Below are positions 1 to 9,256 of a DNA stretch of 64,000 nucleotides, piece after piece. Every line of letters starts with the position of its first letter. Within the stretch, counting starts at the first letter, position 1. The notes below the pieces were generated by a model, which was given only the letters and a program-made list of their open reading frames with translations, searched no databases and was not told where the DNA came from. Source of the stretch: an uncultured Acidobacteriaceae bacterium (GTDB taxonomy: Bacteria > Acidobacteriota > Terriglobia > Terriglobales > Acidobacteriaceae); assembly GCA_963739125.1 (NCBI GenBank), contig CAVTZD010000001.1:4657107-4721106 (forward strand), in the 5' to 3' direction. The position numbers were made by a program, and so were the translations under genes.

Positions 1-94
1 CTTCATAGGACATCCCCTAGTGAGGAAATATACACTAGAATAGACTTTTTGTAAATAGCATTCTACTGGCAGTTTCTTATGCTATCAACTTCCG

Positions 95-2929
95 CTAATC
101 CCCGCCGACAGGAAGCACCGTGTGCTTCGCCTTAGGCATGGGCGTCGATCCCATCTGATCGCGCCAAAGGACTCGATTCAACGCTGCCGCACTGTTCGCA
201 TCAGGACGCGAGAAATCCATCTTCGACGAAATCTCCGCTCCCGGTGCATCCTTCCGGTTGATCTCGTAGATCAATCCGTTGTTCAGGTTTCGCTTGTCCG
301 CCTTGAACGCTGGCTGGTTCCCCGCACCCGAAAACATTTTCTCCATGACCGGCGCGTAGGCGTCGTTCTGATTCATGGGAGGAAGTCCCAGCAGCGTTTC
401 CATGGTGTGGATCAGGTTGACGGTCGTGTAGAAGCGGTGCTCGACATAGGGCTGTGCCGCCGAACCCGCTGAAGGTCCCGGCGAATATTTGCTGACCACG
501 AACGCAATCGACCGGTGGGCGTCGACGTGGTCGGCGCCGTCCTGCGCATCGTCTTCGAGCACAAAAATCGCCGTGTCGTCCCAGTAAGGACTGTGCGAAA
601 CCGCGTCGACCACGCGACCCAGCGCCAGATCGTTGTCGGCCACCGAAGCCGCCGGGCGCGGCAGGTTCGGTCGTGTGCCGCCGGTGTGATCGTCAGGCAG
701 ATAGAGCAATACGAACGACGGCATCTCAAAATCCGGACCTTCGTTCGACTGGCGAGCGTGAACATAAGCGCCAAATTCATTCAGAAATTCGTCCGCCCGC
801 AACTGGTCGGGATAATCGGTATTGAAATCCGGATACAGCGCATCGAAGTGATCGCGCAGCACAGCCTTGGTCGGCTTCACTCCGCTGAAGAGCGGCACGG
901 CCCAGGGGAACGGACTCGGGCCGCCGTGCGTGTCTCCGACATTCGGCGGAAGCGTGTCCCCTTGATTCACCACGGTCCGCGGACATTCCGCCTCCTGCCC
1001 CGACGGTGTTCCCTGCTTCGGGCTGGCCGCTTTCTCCCGCTCGTTGCACCACTCGGCATTCACGAATTCACCATAGTCGCGGAACGAAACGTGATTGCGC
1101 GCCAGATTGTCCCAGAGAAATCCGGTGGAAGGATCGTCAATGTCCGGCTCATTGTGCTCCAGCGGATATTCGTCAGCGACCTGCCCTTGGAAATCGTAAG
1201 TCCGTTCCTTGCCGCGGTACGCGATCTGCCAGGTCTTCTCGTTGTAGTCGGAAGTGATGGCCGCGGTCGACCACAAATGCCCGTCGCCCGAGACTTCTCC
1301 GCTGTCGTAAAAATTGTCGAGCACACCAAACTGCAGCGCCAGCTTGTGCTCGTTGGGCGTGATGTCGGCGCCGTACATGGTGAGCGACGGATCGCCGTCG
1401 CCGACCTTGGTGTCGCCGGATTTCAGATCGCCCAGAATCTGATCGTAAGTGCGATTCTCCTTGATCACATAAATCACGTGCTTGATGGGATTTTTTCCGC
1501 TCGCGAAAGCGATCGTGCCCGGGTCGCTGTGCAGCCGGTTGTCGTGCACCACCACGTCAGTGAGTTGCGCCAGCTTCCCCAGCGTGGCGGGAATGTTCAG
1601 CCGCGCAATCGATCCTTTGATGAGCGTTGGAATGTAAGGATGGTCGTGGTGCCGCATCTCATAAGAAGTCTTGCCCATGTCTTTGTTGGCACGCGAGCCC
1701 TCGCCCTTCGCGGTAGCGATGAGGAGATCGTCTTCGTGGACCGCCAGCGCGCTGGGATACCAGTCGGTCGGAATAAAGCCAAGGCCCCCCGACATCGCGT
1801 GATTCACGGGCCCATCAGAAAACGCGGCCACATCGAGAACGGCCACGGCGTCCAATGAAGCGTCAGCTACGAACAGGCGTTTGCCGTCGGCAGATTGGGC
1901 CAACGCCATGGGACAGGTTCCCGCAAATTTCTGGTCGGCCAGCGTCGTAGGCAGAAACATAAAAGCCGCGCCCGTATCCGTTCCCACAAGCGCGACCGTA
2001 TCGATGTTTGACAGCGCCACATAAAGAGTCTTTTCGTTCGGACTCAACAGCATCGCTGTCGGATGCGAGCCCGGCGCCAGCGGGTCGTCCGGCTTCTTCA
2101 GTTCGATCCAGCGCGCAACTTTCCCGCTGGTTAAATCCAGTTCGGCCACTTCCGACGCATTCCACAAACTGCACCACGCACGCCGCCCGTCCCGCGTCGC
2201 AACGCACGTATACGGAAACGACGACGGCACCAGATCGCGCGTCGTCAACTCGAAGGTCTGCAGAACTTTGCCGGTTGCCGAGTCGAGCACCACCGCATTG
2301 TCGGACAGATTATTCGCGACCAGCAGCTTGTCGTGACCATGGTCCGAAATCAACGCCAGCCCAGCGGGATATGGAATCGCCATATGCGGAGGAGCCTTCA
2401 ATCCCACCGCAAGCCACTTGCCGGTCGACAACGACTGCAGCGCGATCGGAATGAAGCGCTCCGGCGTAACCTTGCCCTCGGCGAAGCGATATACCGCGAT
2501 CCCGTTGCCCGTATCGCCCGGCTTCGTTCCCGTCGGATCACTGAGCGAACCCACCGACGCATACAAATGCTTCCCATCAGAACTGAAAACCAGCCCCAAA
2601 AAATAACTCTGATGCGACTCGTCGCTGAGCCGCGCGTCGGGGTATTCGACAATCTTATTGCTCTTGAGATCGAGCACCGAAATCGACTGGTGCGCCAGCG
2701 TCTCCTGCGTGCCGTAACCGTCGTTCAGCAGCGCTGCGTAGCAGCCGTCAGGACTCAAGACGATCGTCGTGGGGAAACTGTTCGTAAAGCCCACCCGGCC
2801 CGGAGAAGGCACGGTCAGCATCTTGCTCGTCGGTAGATTAATCGGAGCCCGCGAGCCGGATGGCGATTGCGCAACTAGAACCGGAGTCAGCAAAAGAGCG
2901 CACAGGGCGCGAAGAAACAAACGAATCAC
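95..2929 (-). CDS. Secreted beta-propeller-repeat protein fused to a phosphoesterase-family domain (phospholipase C / acid phosphatase AcpA type)
   Basis: 944-aa ORF. The N-terminus MIRLFLRALCALLLTPVLVAQ looks like a signal peptide. The N-terminal half has repeated propeller-like blocks. The C-terminal half has the phosphoesterase-family signature YVIKENRTYDQILGD and EDDAQDGADHVDAHRS. It lies directly downstream of phoU on the same strand. Confidence 0.85.
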   Translation of the reverse strand: MIRLFLRALCALLLTPVLVAQSPSGSRAPINLPTSKMLTVPSPGRVGFTNSFPTTIVLSPDGCYAALLNDGYGTQETLAHQSISVLDLKSNKIVEYPDARLSDESHQSYFLGLVFSSDGKHLYASVGSLSDPTGTKPGDTGNGIAVYRFAEGKVTPERFIPIALQSLSTGKWLAVGLKAPPHMAIPYPAGLALISDHGHDKLLVANNLSDNAVVLDSATGKVLQTFELTTRDLVPSSFPYTCVATRDGRRAWCSLWNASEVAELDLTSGKVARWIELKKPDDPLAPGSHPTAMLLSPNEKTLYVALSNIDTVALVGTDTGAAFMFLPTTLADQKFAGTCPMALAQSADGKRLFVADASLDAVAVLDVAAFSDGPVNHAMSGGLGFIPTDWYPSALAVHEDDLLIATAKGEGSRANKDMGKTSYEMRHHDHPYIPTLIKGSIARLNIPATLGKLAQLTDVVVHDNRLHSDPGTIAFASGKNPIKHVIYVIKENRTYDQILGDLKSGDTKVGDGDPSLTMYGADITPNEHKLALQFGVLDNFYDSGEVSGDGHLWSTAAITSDYNEKTWQIAYRGKERTYDFQGQVADEYPLEHNEPDIDDPSTGFLWDNLARNHVSFRDYGEFVNAEWCNEREKAASPKQGTPSGQEAECPRTVVNQGDTLPPNVGDTHGGPSPFPWAVPLFSGVKPTKAVLRDHFDALYPDFNTDYPDQLRADEFLNEFGAYVHARQSNEGPDFEMPSFVLLYLPDDHTGGTRPNLPRPAASVADNDLALGRVVDAVSHSPYWDDTAIFVLEDDAQDGADHVDAHRSIAFVVSKYSPGPSAGSAAQPYVEHRFYTTVNLIHTMETLLGLPPMNQNDAYAPVMEKMFSGAGNQPAFKADKRNLNNGLIYEINRKDAPGAEISSKMDFSRPDANSAAALNRVLWRDQMGSTPMPKAKHTVLPVGGD

Positions 2930-3020
2930 GGTCCCTCCGTGGAAATTGGAGTTTCAGAAATGAAATGAGCAGTTGAGCGTAATGCAAGGTGGAGTCGATG
3001 GTCAAAGCCCGATCCCACTC

Positions 3021-3217
3021 TGTCATCCTGAGCGATGGCGCAAGCCAACGCGAAGGACCCTACGGCGGCCAGCCCTCAAGATGCAGTGGACGGGATCCGC
3101 CGCACAACGTGCAGGGAAAGAGATGCCCCTGCCCGCCGCGGGTCCGAGCATCGCCGCTGCCTGTGTCAGCCGACGTGAGGTCCCTCACCGCCGCTTTCGC
3201 CGCGATTCAGGATGACA
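3021..3217 (+). repeat. MITE-like element, family A, full copy with terminal inverted repeats
   Basis: The left end is TGTCATCCTGAGCG...CGAAGGACCC. The right end TCAGGATGACA is the reverse complement of the left terminus. It fills the phoU-phosphoesterase spacer. Confidence 0.7.
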
Positions 3218-3246
3218 ACACCTTGAGAACCGCTCTGATTGTTGCC

Positions 3247-3963
3247 TTACACTCCCGAAGCGCGCGAGGTCGGCTGCACGGGTTCGCGTGCCGGGGATTC
3301 AGGCTCGGGCGGAACGTTGTGGCGCACGTCGGCGCCCTGCACCCAGAAGATCACGTCCTCCGCAATGTTGGTGGCGTGGTCGGCCACGCGCTCCAGATTG
3401 CGCGCCACCAGCAGCGCATCCAGAGCCTGACGCACAACGTCGGGACGTTCGTTCATGGTCTTGACCAGCTGGATAAACGCATCGTCGCGCATGCGGTCGA
3501 TCACGCTATCCATTTCGAGGACGGCTTGGGCGAGTTCCACCTTGCCTTCAATGAACGATTCCAGTGCACGGCGCACCATGGCGCTGACCGCGGCGCCCAT
3601 GCGCGCGATGTCTACCGGCAGGTTGGTGGCGGGAAGCTCCACCATGTCCATAACCCGCTCGGCGATGTTGACAGCCTGATCGCCCACGCGCTCCAGATCG
3701 GAATTGATCTTGGTGACAGCAAGAATAAACCGCAGGTCGACCGCCATCGGCTGCTGCATGGCCAGCAGATCAAATGCAGCTTCATCGATCTCGCGCTCGG
3801 CGGTATTGATCAGGCTCTCGCCCTCGAGCACCATCTGGCAGCGCGTGAGATCGCGATCCACGTAGGCCTGGCGCGCGCGGTCGACGGCCTGCTCCGCCAG
3901 TCCTCCCATGCGAAGCAGCCGCTGCCGCAAATCGTCAAGCCCCTGCTGAAAACGCGTGCGCAT
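3247..3963 (-). CDS. phoU: Phosphate signaling complex protein PhoU
   Basis: 238-aa ORF with two PhoU-type repeats (ERVGDQAVNIAE and LERVADHATNIAEDV). It lies downstream of pstB. Confidence 0.95.
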   Translation of the reverse strand: MRTRFQQGLDDLRQRLLRMGGLAEQAVDRARQAYVDRDLTRCQMVLEGESLINTAEREIDEAAFDLLAMQQPMAVDLRFILAVTKINSDLERVGDQAVNIAERVMDMVELPATNLPVDIARMGAAVSAMVRRALESFIEGKVELAQAVLEMDSVIDRMRDDAFIQLVKTMNERPDVVRQALDALLVARNLERVADHATNIAEDVIFWVQGADVRHNVPPEPESPAREPVQPTSRASGV

Positions 3964-3991
3964 GTTCCGAACCTTCCTTTGAACCCAAAGT

Positions 3992-4032
3992 TGTCATCCT
4001 GAGCGATGCGCTTTTTGCGTCGCGAAGGACCC
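3992..4032 (+). repeat. Family A repeat, left half only
   Basis: The sequence is TGTCATCCTGAGCGATGCGCTTTTTGCGTCGCGAAGGACCC. It lies in the pstB-phoU spacer. Confidence 0.65.
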
Positions 4033-4108
4033 AGGCACGCCGCGCGAATCATCCGCGTTCTTTGCGGATGAATAAACCGCGCGTTTGGCGCGCTTCCCTC
4101 GTACTCCC

Positions 4109-4867
4109 TTATCCGAACCTGCCGGTAATGTAATCTTCCGTCTTTTTGTCCGACGGCTTGGTAAAAATCTTTTCCGTCCGGTCGAACTCAATCAGCTTGC
4201 CCAGCAGGAAAAAGCCCGTGAACTCAGCCACGCGTGCCGCCTGCTGCATATTATGCGTCACGATTACGATGGTATACCGCTCTTTCAGCTGAAAGATCAA
4301 CTCCTCAATCTTCCCCGTGGAAATCGGATCGAGCGCCGAGCAGGGCTCGTCCATCAGCAGGACCTCGGGTTCGACCGCCAGTGCTCGCGCAATGCACAAC
4401 CGCTGCTGCTGGCCTCCAGAGAGACTCGCGCCCGATTTCTTGTGCACCGTGTCCTTCACCTCATCCCAGAGCGCGGAAACTGCCAGCGAGTGCTCGACAA
4501 TTTCATCCAGCTTGCGCTTGTCGCGAAATCCATTCAGCTTCAGCCCCGAAGCGACATTGTCGTAAATCGACATCGTTGGGAAAGGGTTCGCCTTCTGAAA
4601 CACCATGCCCACGCGCCGCCGCAGCTGCGTCGGCGAGGTTCCATTGTAGGCATCGATTTCGCCGATCCGTACCCGGCCCTCCACGCGCGCTTCCGGAATG
4701 GTCTCGTGCATCCGGTTAATGCAGCGGATGAACGTCGACTTGCCGCATCCCGAGGGACCAATCAGCGCGGTGGCGTGGTTCGCCGCCACCTTAAGATTGA
4801 TGTCGTACAACGCCTGGCCTTTGCCATACCAGGCATTCAGCTTCTCGACTTGAATTCCAACACCCAT
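4109..4867 (-). CDS. pstB: Phosphate ABC transporter ATP-binding protein PstB
   Basis: 252 aa. Walker [13 protein letters not shown] signature LSGGQQQR and Walker B LLMDEP are present. The N-terminus is typical of PstB. The gene follows pstA by 3 nt. Confidence 0.97.
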   Translation of the reverse strand: MGVGIQVEKLNAWYGKGQALYDINLKVAANHATALIGPSGCGKSTFIRCINRMHETIPEARVEGRVRIGEIDAYNGTSPTQLRRRVGMVFQKANPFPTMSIYDNVASGLKLNGFRDKRKLDEIVEHSLAVSALWDEVKDTVHKKSGASLSGGQQQRLCIARALAVEPEVLLMDEPCSALDPISTGKIEELIFQLKERYTIVIVTHNMQQAARVAEFTGFFLLGKLIEFDRTEKIFTKPSDKKTEDYITGRFG

Positions 4868-4870
4868 AAA

Positions 4871-5824
4871 TTAGGTTCCGAAGTTGCCCCGGCGCACCGC
4901 ATACCGCACCGCCGCGACTGAGCTGACAATTAAGATTATCAGCACCAGCGACCCGGCCCACGCCTGCCGGTGCAGATCGTCATACGGAGACGTCGCATAC
5001 TTGTAGATCTGCAGCGGTAAAGCCGCCGTCGGCTGATCCAGGCCGAGGCTCCAGGCCTGGCGCTGCCAGTGCGCGTTCCAGGGCAGACGTCCACTCCAGA
5101 ATTCGTTGCCCAGGGCAGTGAACAGCAGCGGAGCCGTTTCGCCCGCAACCCGGGCGAAGGCCAGCATGATTCCGGTAATCACGCCCGAAGTCGCGGTGCG
5201 CAAAGTGATCGAAAGCGTCGTGCGCCAGCGCGGCACTCCCAACCCATACGCGGCTTCGCGCAGTGACTGCGGCACCAGCAGCAGCATTTCTTCGGTGGTG
5301 CGCGTGATCGTCGGCACCATCATGATGGCCAGCGCCACGCCCCCGGCAACCGCCGAGAAACCATGGCCGCGAACCAGGATCGCCCACGCCACAATGCCGA
5401 TCACAATCGACGGCACTCCGTTCAACACGTCGGCCGTGAACCGAATCGCGGTGCCCAGCCGGTTGCGACCAAACTCAGCCAGATAAATGCCGGCGCCTAC
5501 TCCGAACGGCACACCGATCAGGCTGGCGACTCCCAGAATCGCGATCGACCCGACAATCCCATTCGCCATGCCGCCGCCGGGCTCGCCCTCAGGCTTCGGA
5601 ATCTGCGTGAGAAACGCCCAGTCCACCGATCCGAATCCCTTATAAACCAGGTAGCCGAAAATAGCGATCAGCGGCGCCAGCACCAGAATCACCGTGCTGA
5701 CCGCGAGCCCCGTCATGAGGTGGTTGGTCGCACGGCGGCGGAAGCTGACGGGCGGCACGGCTTGCGAGATCGCGACAGACGCGTTGCCGCTTGGCTCAGG
5801 CATTTCCCCTCGCAGGCTGCCCAC
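4871..5824 (-). CDS. pstA: Phosphate ABC transporter permease PstA
   Basis: 317-aa polytopic membrane ORF between pstC and pstB. It overlaps the pstC stop, and the true start may be the Met at 5803. Confidence 0.9.
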   Translation of the reverse strand: MGSLRGEMPEPSGNASVAISQAVPPVSFRRRATNHLMTGLAVSTVILVLAPLIAIFGYLVYKGFGSVDWAFLTQIPKPEGEPGGGMANGIVGSIAILGVASLIGVPFGVGAGIYLAEFGRNRLGTAIRFTADVLNGVPSIVIGIVAWAILVRGHGFSAVAGGVALAIMMVPTITRTTEEMLLLVPQSLREAAYGLGVPRWRTTLSITLRTATSGVITGIMLAFARVAGETAPLLFTALGNEFWSGRLPWNAHWQRQAWSLGLDQPTAALPLQIYKYATSPYDDLHRQAWAGSLVLIILIVSSVAAVRYAVRRGNFGT

Positions 5825-6833
5825 GGGTTACGGTCCACACCAGCAACTGCGCCAGCGCATTCACGATGATCGTGACCAGGAACAGGGCCAGGCCGATTTC
5901 GATCAGCGCCGAAAGATAAATGTCGCCGGTCGCTTCGCTGAACTCATTGGCCAGCACGCTCGCCATCGTGTATCCCGGGGCGAACAGCGATTTCATGATC
6001 TGCGGATTGTTGCCGATCACCATGGTGACCGCCATGGTTTCTCCCAACGCGCGTCCTAGGCCCAGGATGATGCCGCCCATAATCCCGGCGCGCGCATTGC
6101 GCAGCACACCCATCCGGATCATCTCCCACCGCGTCGCACCCAGAGCCAGCACACCTTCGCGCTGATGCTGCGGCACAACCATTAGCACTTCCCGCGTGAT
6201 CGACGAAATAATGGGCACGATCATGATCGCGAGAATCACTCCCGCGGCCAGCATGCCGATGCCAAAATAGGGCCTGCCGGGAAACAATCCCGTCCAGCCC
6301 AGGGTCGCTGCCAGAAACGGCTCGACGTATCCGCTCAGCAGCGGCACCAGCACAAAAATCGCCCACAAGCCGTAAATCACGCTGGGAATCGCAGCCAGTA
6401 ACTCCACGAAAAATGAAAGCGGGGCCCGCAGAGACTTGGGGCACATCTCGGTGGTGAATACCGCAACCCCGACCGACAGAGGAATGGCAATGATGAGTGC
6501 GATGAGAGACGAGACCAGCGTCCCGAAAATGAACGGCAATGCTCCGAATTCCTTGTTGACCGGATCCCAGTCGCTGCCCTTGAAAAACGCGAAGCCGAAG
6601 GCATGCCAGGAAAGGCGCGAGCCCGCCATCAGCTCATACACGATGAGGACCAGAACGCCCAGAACCGCAAGACCGCACAAGGTCATCGCGGACTTGAAGA
6701 GCCGGTCTGGGACCTCGCCGCCGGAAGCGTGCAGCAAAGGCGCCGTCCGACTCGTTGGTGCGGCCATAACGTTCGTCGCTTCAACAGGTTGCGGACCTGG
6801 CATATCGGGCCGGGGTAATGCCGGATTGGCCAT
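5796..6833 (-). CDS. pstC: Phosphate ABC transporter permease PstC
   Basis: 345-aa polytopic membrane ORF at the head of pstCAB-phoU. The start is uncertain, with in-frame Met codons also at 6803 and 6767. Confidence 0.9.
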   Translation of the reverse strand: MANPALPRPDMPGPQPVEATNVMAAPTSRTAPLLHASGGEVPDRLFKSAMTLCGLAVLGVLVLIVYELMAGSRLSWHAFGFAFFKGSDWDPVNKEFGALPFIFGTLVSSLIALIIAIPLSVGVAVFTTEMCPKSLRAPLSFFVELLAAIPSVIYGLWAIFVLVPLLSGYVEPFLAATLGWTGLFPGRPYFGIGMLAAGVILAIMIVPIISSITREVLMVVPQHQREGVLALGATRWEMIRMGVLRNARAGIMGGIILGLGRALGETMAVTMVIGNNPQIMKSLFAPGYTMASVLANEFSEATGDIYLSALIEIGLALFLVTIIVNALAQLLVWTVTRGQPARGNA

Positions 6834-6856
6834 TCCCCTCCACCGTAGCAGAGAGT

Positions 6857-6874
6857 TGTTACAAAGGTGTTAAA
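6857..6874 (-). promoter_or_regulatory. Candidate Pho-box-like direct repeat upstream of pstC
   Basis: The minus strand reads TTTAACA-cctt-TGTAACA with an 11-bp period. It lies 24-41 nt upstream of the longest pstC start, and further upstream if a downstream Met is used. Confidence 0.35.
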
Positions 6875-6935
6875 ATCGCAGCCCGGTAGCGGCCCATTTT
6901 CAAAAAATTCGTCCCGATGTCATAAGTCGTCCCGC

Positions 6936-7050
6936 TGTCATCTTGAGCGCGGCGACAGCCGGGCGAGGGACCGTACGTCGGCCGACGCTCTCGGTGCCGT
7001 GGACGGGAGTGCGTGCCCTTCACGCAGTCTAGCGCTCCTGCAGGATGACA
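6936..7050 (+). repeat. MITE-like element, family A, short full copy
   Basis: It runs from TGTCATCTTGAGCGC to GCGCTCCTGCAGGATGACA, with inverted termini. It lies in the divergent pstC/ppx spacer. Confidence 0.7.
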
Positions 7051-7149
7051 CCGTGAATCCCGAAGCACCCGACTTCAAATTCGCCAGCCGTCCGCGCGGG
7101 CAGTATCTGAATTCAAATCCGTTGAGTCCGCTTTTTCCTCTGTGCCCTC

Positions 7150-7165
7150 TGTGTCCTCCGTGGTG
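7150..7165 (+). repeat. Family C half-site
   Basis: TGTGTCCTCCGTGGTG has one mismatch to the right arm of family C. I saw no partner arm. Confidence 0.4.
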
Positions 7166-7213
7166 ATGATCTTTCATCCCCCGAGTGACGATATCCCCGC
7201 CCGCATGTAAACT

Positions 7214-8767
7214 GTGAAGCTTCCCGTTACTCGGACCATGCCCACGTTCGCCGCAGTCGATATCGGCTCCAACTCCGTGCGCCTGAAAATTGCGCGCCTG
7301 CAGCGCGGACGCCTTTGCCCTCTGCACGAAGACCGCGAAGTCACGCGCCTCGGCGAAGGCGTGTTTCGCACTGGATTCCTCACTCCCGAGTCGATGGCCG
7401 AAACCGTGAAGGTGTTACGCCGCTTCCACCGCGCCACGCAGCAGGTAGTCACCGACACGGTGCGCGTGGTCGCCACCAGCGCCCTGCGCGACGCCCGCAA
7501 TTCGCAGGCGTTTCTCGAGTGGGTGCGCTCGGCTACGGGCTGGCGGGTTGAAATCATTTCCGGCGTGGAAGAAGCGCGCCTGATTCACCTCGGCCTGGTC
7601 GCCAGTTCGCGCGTCGATAACTCGCCCACGCTCATGGTCGATCTCGGCGGCGGCAGTTGCGAACTCACCGTCTCCCAAGGCGGACACATTCGCGACGCCG
7701 CCAGCCTGCCCCTGGGCGCGGTCCGTCTCACCGACGAATTCCTGCGCCACGACCCTGCCCGCAAAGGTGAGTTGAAGCGCCTGCGCGGCTTCGTAGCGCG
7801 TGAAGCCGGCCGCGTCACCGCGCGCATCGCCACGGCTCGCATCAAGAACGTCATCGCAACCTCAGGAACCGCAGCCGCTCTGGCCGCCGTCGCCACCCAT
7901 CTGCGCCGCGGAGGAAGTCGCCAGCGCTCGGTGGTTTCGCGCGCTGAAATGAACCGCATCGCCAAGCGCCTGGCGCGGCTGCCCGTCGCCGAGCGCCGCA
8001 AGATCGAAGGCATCGGCCCGCGGCGCGCCGAAATCATTGTCGCCGGCGCCATGGTCTATCACGAGCTTCTCGATCGCCTGCACCTGAAAGCTTTCCGCTA
8101 TTCCCCGCTCGGCCTGCGCGACGGCATCCTGGCACAGATGGCCGCCGACTACGACCGCAGCACCCGCTCCGGCCGCCAGATCGAATCCGAGCGCTGGGAG
8201 TCGATCATGCACGCCGTCGATCATTACCACATCGATCGCAAGCACGCCCTCGACGTCCGCGAATCGGCCATGTCGCTTTTTTCCGGCCTGCGCTCCGTGC
8301 ATCGCCTGCCGCCCGAATATGGCGAATGGCTTTCCGCCGCCGCCATGCTTTACGAAGTCGGCGATTACCTCAACCGCAACGGCCACCATCGTCACACTCA
8401 CTACATCATTTCCAATTCGGAGATTCTCGGCTTCACGCCACAGCAGCGCCGCCTGATTGCCGCCATCGCGCGTTACCTGGGCAAGTCGCGCCCCGCCACC
8501 GAAGATGTCCCCATGAAAGCTGTCGATCAGGCTGACCGCGAGAACGTGCAGAAGGCGATTCTGCTGCTGCGCCTGGCTCGCGCCCTTAACCTGGGCCGCA
8601 GCCGCGCCGTGCAGAAAGTGCGTATTGGATTACGTTCTGCCGAAGTCCGGCTCACGCTGATTCCACGCCGCCGCATGGGCGTGGACCTGGAACAGTGGGC
8701 GATTGAAAAGGAGTGCGACTATTTTCGGGAAGTGTTCGGGCGGGAACTGGCGACCGCAGTTTCGTAA
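7214..8767 (+). CDS. ppx: Exopolyphosphatase, Ppx/GppA family, with C-terminal HD-like domain
   Basis: 517 aa. The N-terminal motif FAAVDIGSNSVRL and the later DLGGGS motif are typical of Ppx/GppA. The ORF starts at GTG 7214. ATG 7238 is an alternative start. Confidence 0.92.
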   Translation: MKLPVTRTMPTFAAVDIGSNSVRLKIARLQRGRLCPLHEDREVTRLGEGVFRTGFLTPESMAETVKVLRRFHRATQQVVTDTVRVVATSALRDARNSQAFLEWVRSATGWRVEIISGVEEARLIHLGLVASSRVDNSPTLMVDLGGGSCELTVSQGGHIRDAASLPLGAVRLTDEFLRHDPARKGELKRLRGFVAREAGRVTARIATARIKNVIATSGTAAALAAVATHLRRGGSRQRSVVSRAEMNRIAKRLARLPVAERRKIEGIGPRRAEIIVAGAMVYHELLDRLHLKAFRYSPLGLRDGILAQMAADYDRSTRSGRQIESERWESIMHAVDHYHIDRKHALDVRESAMSLFSGLRSVHRLPPEYGEWLSAAAMLYEVGDYLNRNGHHRHTHYIISNSEILGFTPQQRRLIAAIARYLGKSRPATEDVPMKAVDQADRENVQKAILLLRLARALNLGRSRAVQKVRIGLRSAEVRLTLIPRRRMGVDLEQWAIEKECDYFREVFGRELATAVS

Positions 8768-9249
8768 AGCGCGCGCAAAAGCTTGGGCGTAACACACCAC
8801 TGCAGAGTGCCCGACGATCGCCGCATCTCCACTTTCGCGACCGCGCCTTTTTTCAATTCGAGCGACGCTTCGCAGGCCGAATCGCTGATCACCGCGCCCA
8901 GGAACTGGCTCAGGTTCGGATTGTGCCCCACCACCATGATCGCTTCCTGGCGCGCGTATTTCTCGAGCAGCTTGCGGAAATCCGCCAGCCCCGCGCCCGG
9001 CCGCAGTCCCGCGTCGAGCATCAGTTTCCCTTCATACCCAAGTTCGTTGCCCACCAGCGAAGCAGTCTGCGTGCACCGTTTCAGCGGGCTCGAAACGATC
9101 ACATCGACCTGAACATCGAGCGCCGTCAGTGCCCGCCCGATATAGCCGCACTGCTCGATGCCTTCTTTATCGAGCGCGCGTTTTTCGTCTTTCTTCGGAT
9201 TGACGAAGTGTTCGCCCGCGCTGGCGTGCCGGAGAAAATAGAGAATCAT
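8719..9249 (-). CDS. sixA: Phosphohistidine phosphatase SixA (histidine phosphatase superfamily)
   Basis: 176 aa. The LRHA motif near the N-terminus (MILYFLRHASAGE) and the VVGHNPNL motif are present. It starts 7 nt after the ppk stop. Confidence 0.85.
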   Translation of the reverse strand: MILYFLRHASAGEHFVNPKKDEKRALDKEGIEQCGYIGRALTALDVQVDVIVSSPLKRCTQTASLVGNELGYEGKLMLDAGLRPGAGLADFRKLLEKYARQEAIMVVGHNPNLSQFLGAVISDSACEASLELKKGAVAKVEMRRSSGTLQWCVTPKLLRALYETAVASSRPNTSRK

Positions 9250-9256
9250 TTCAGTC

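Noticed and set aside
515-4002. Plus-strand ORFs 515-1858 (447 aa) and 2989-4002 (337 aa), opposite the phosphoesterase and phoU genes.
   Set aside because: They are shadow ORFs of well-supported minus-strand genes. The second one also runs through a MITE-like repeat.
7206-7219. TGTAAACTGTGAAG just before ppx as a further Pho box.
   Set aside because: The half-sites are adjacent (7-bp period), not 11 bp apart, and they overlap the proposed GTG start codon.
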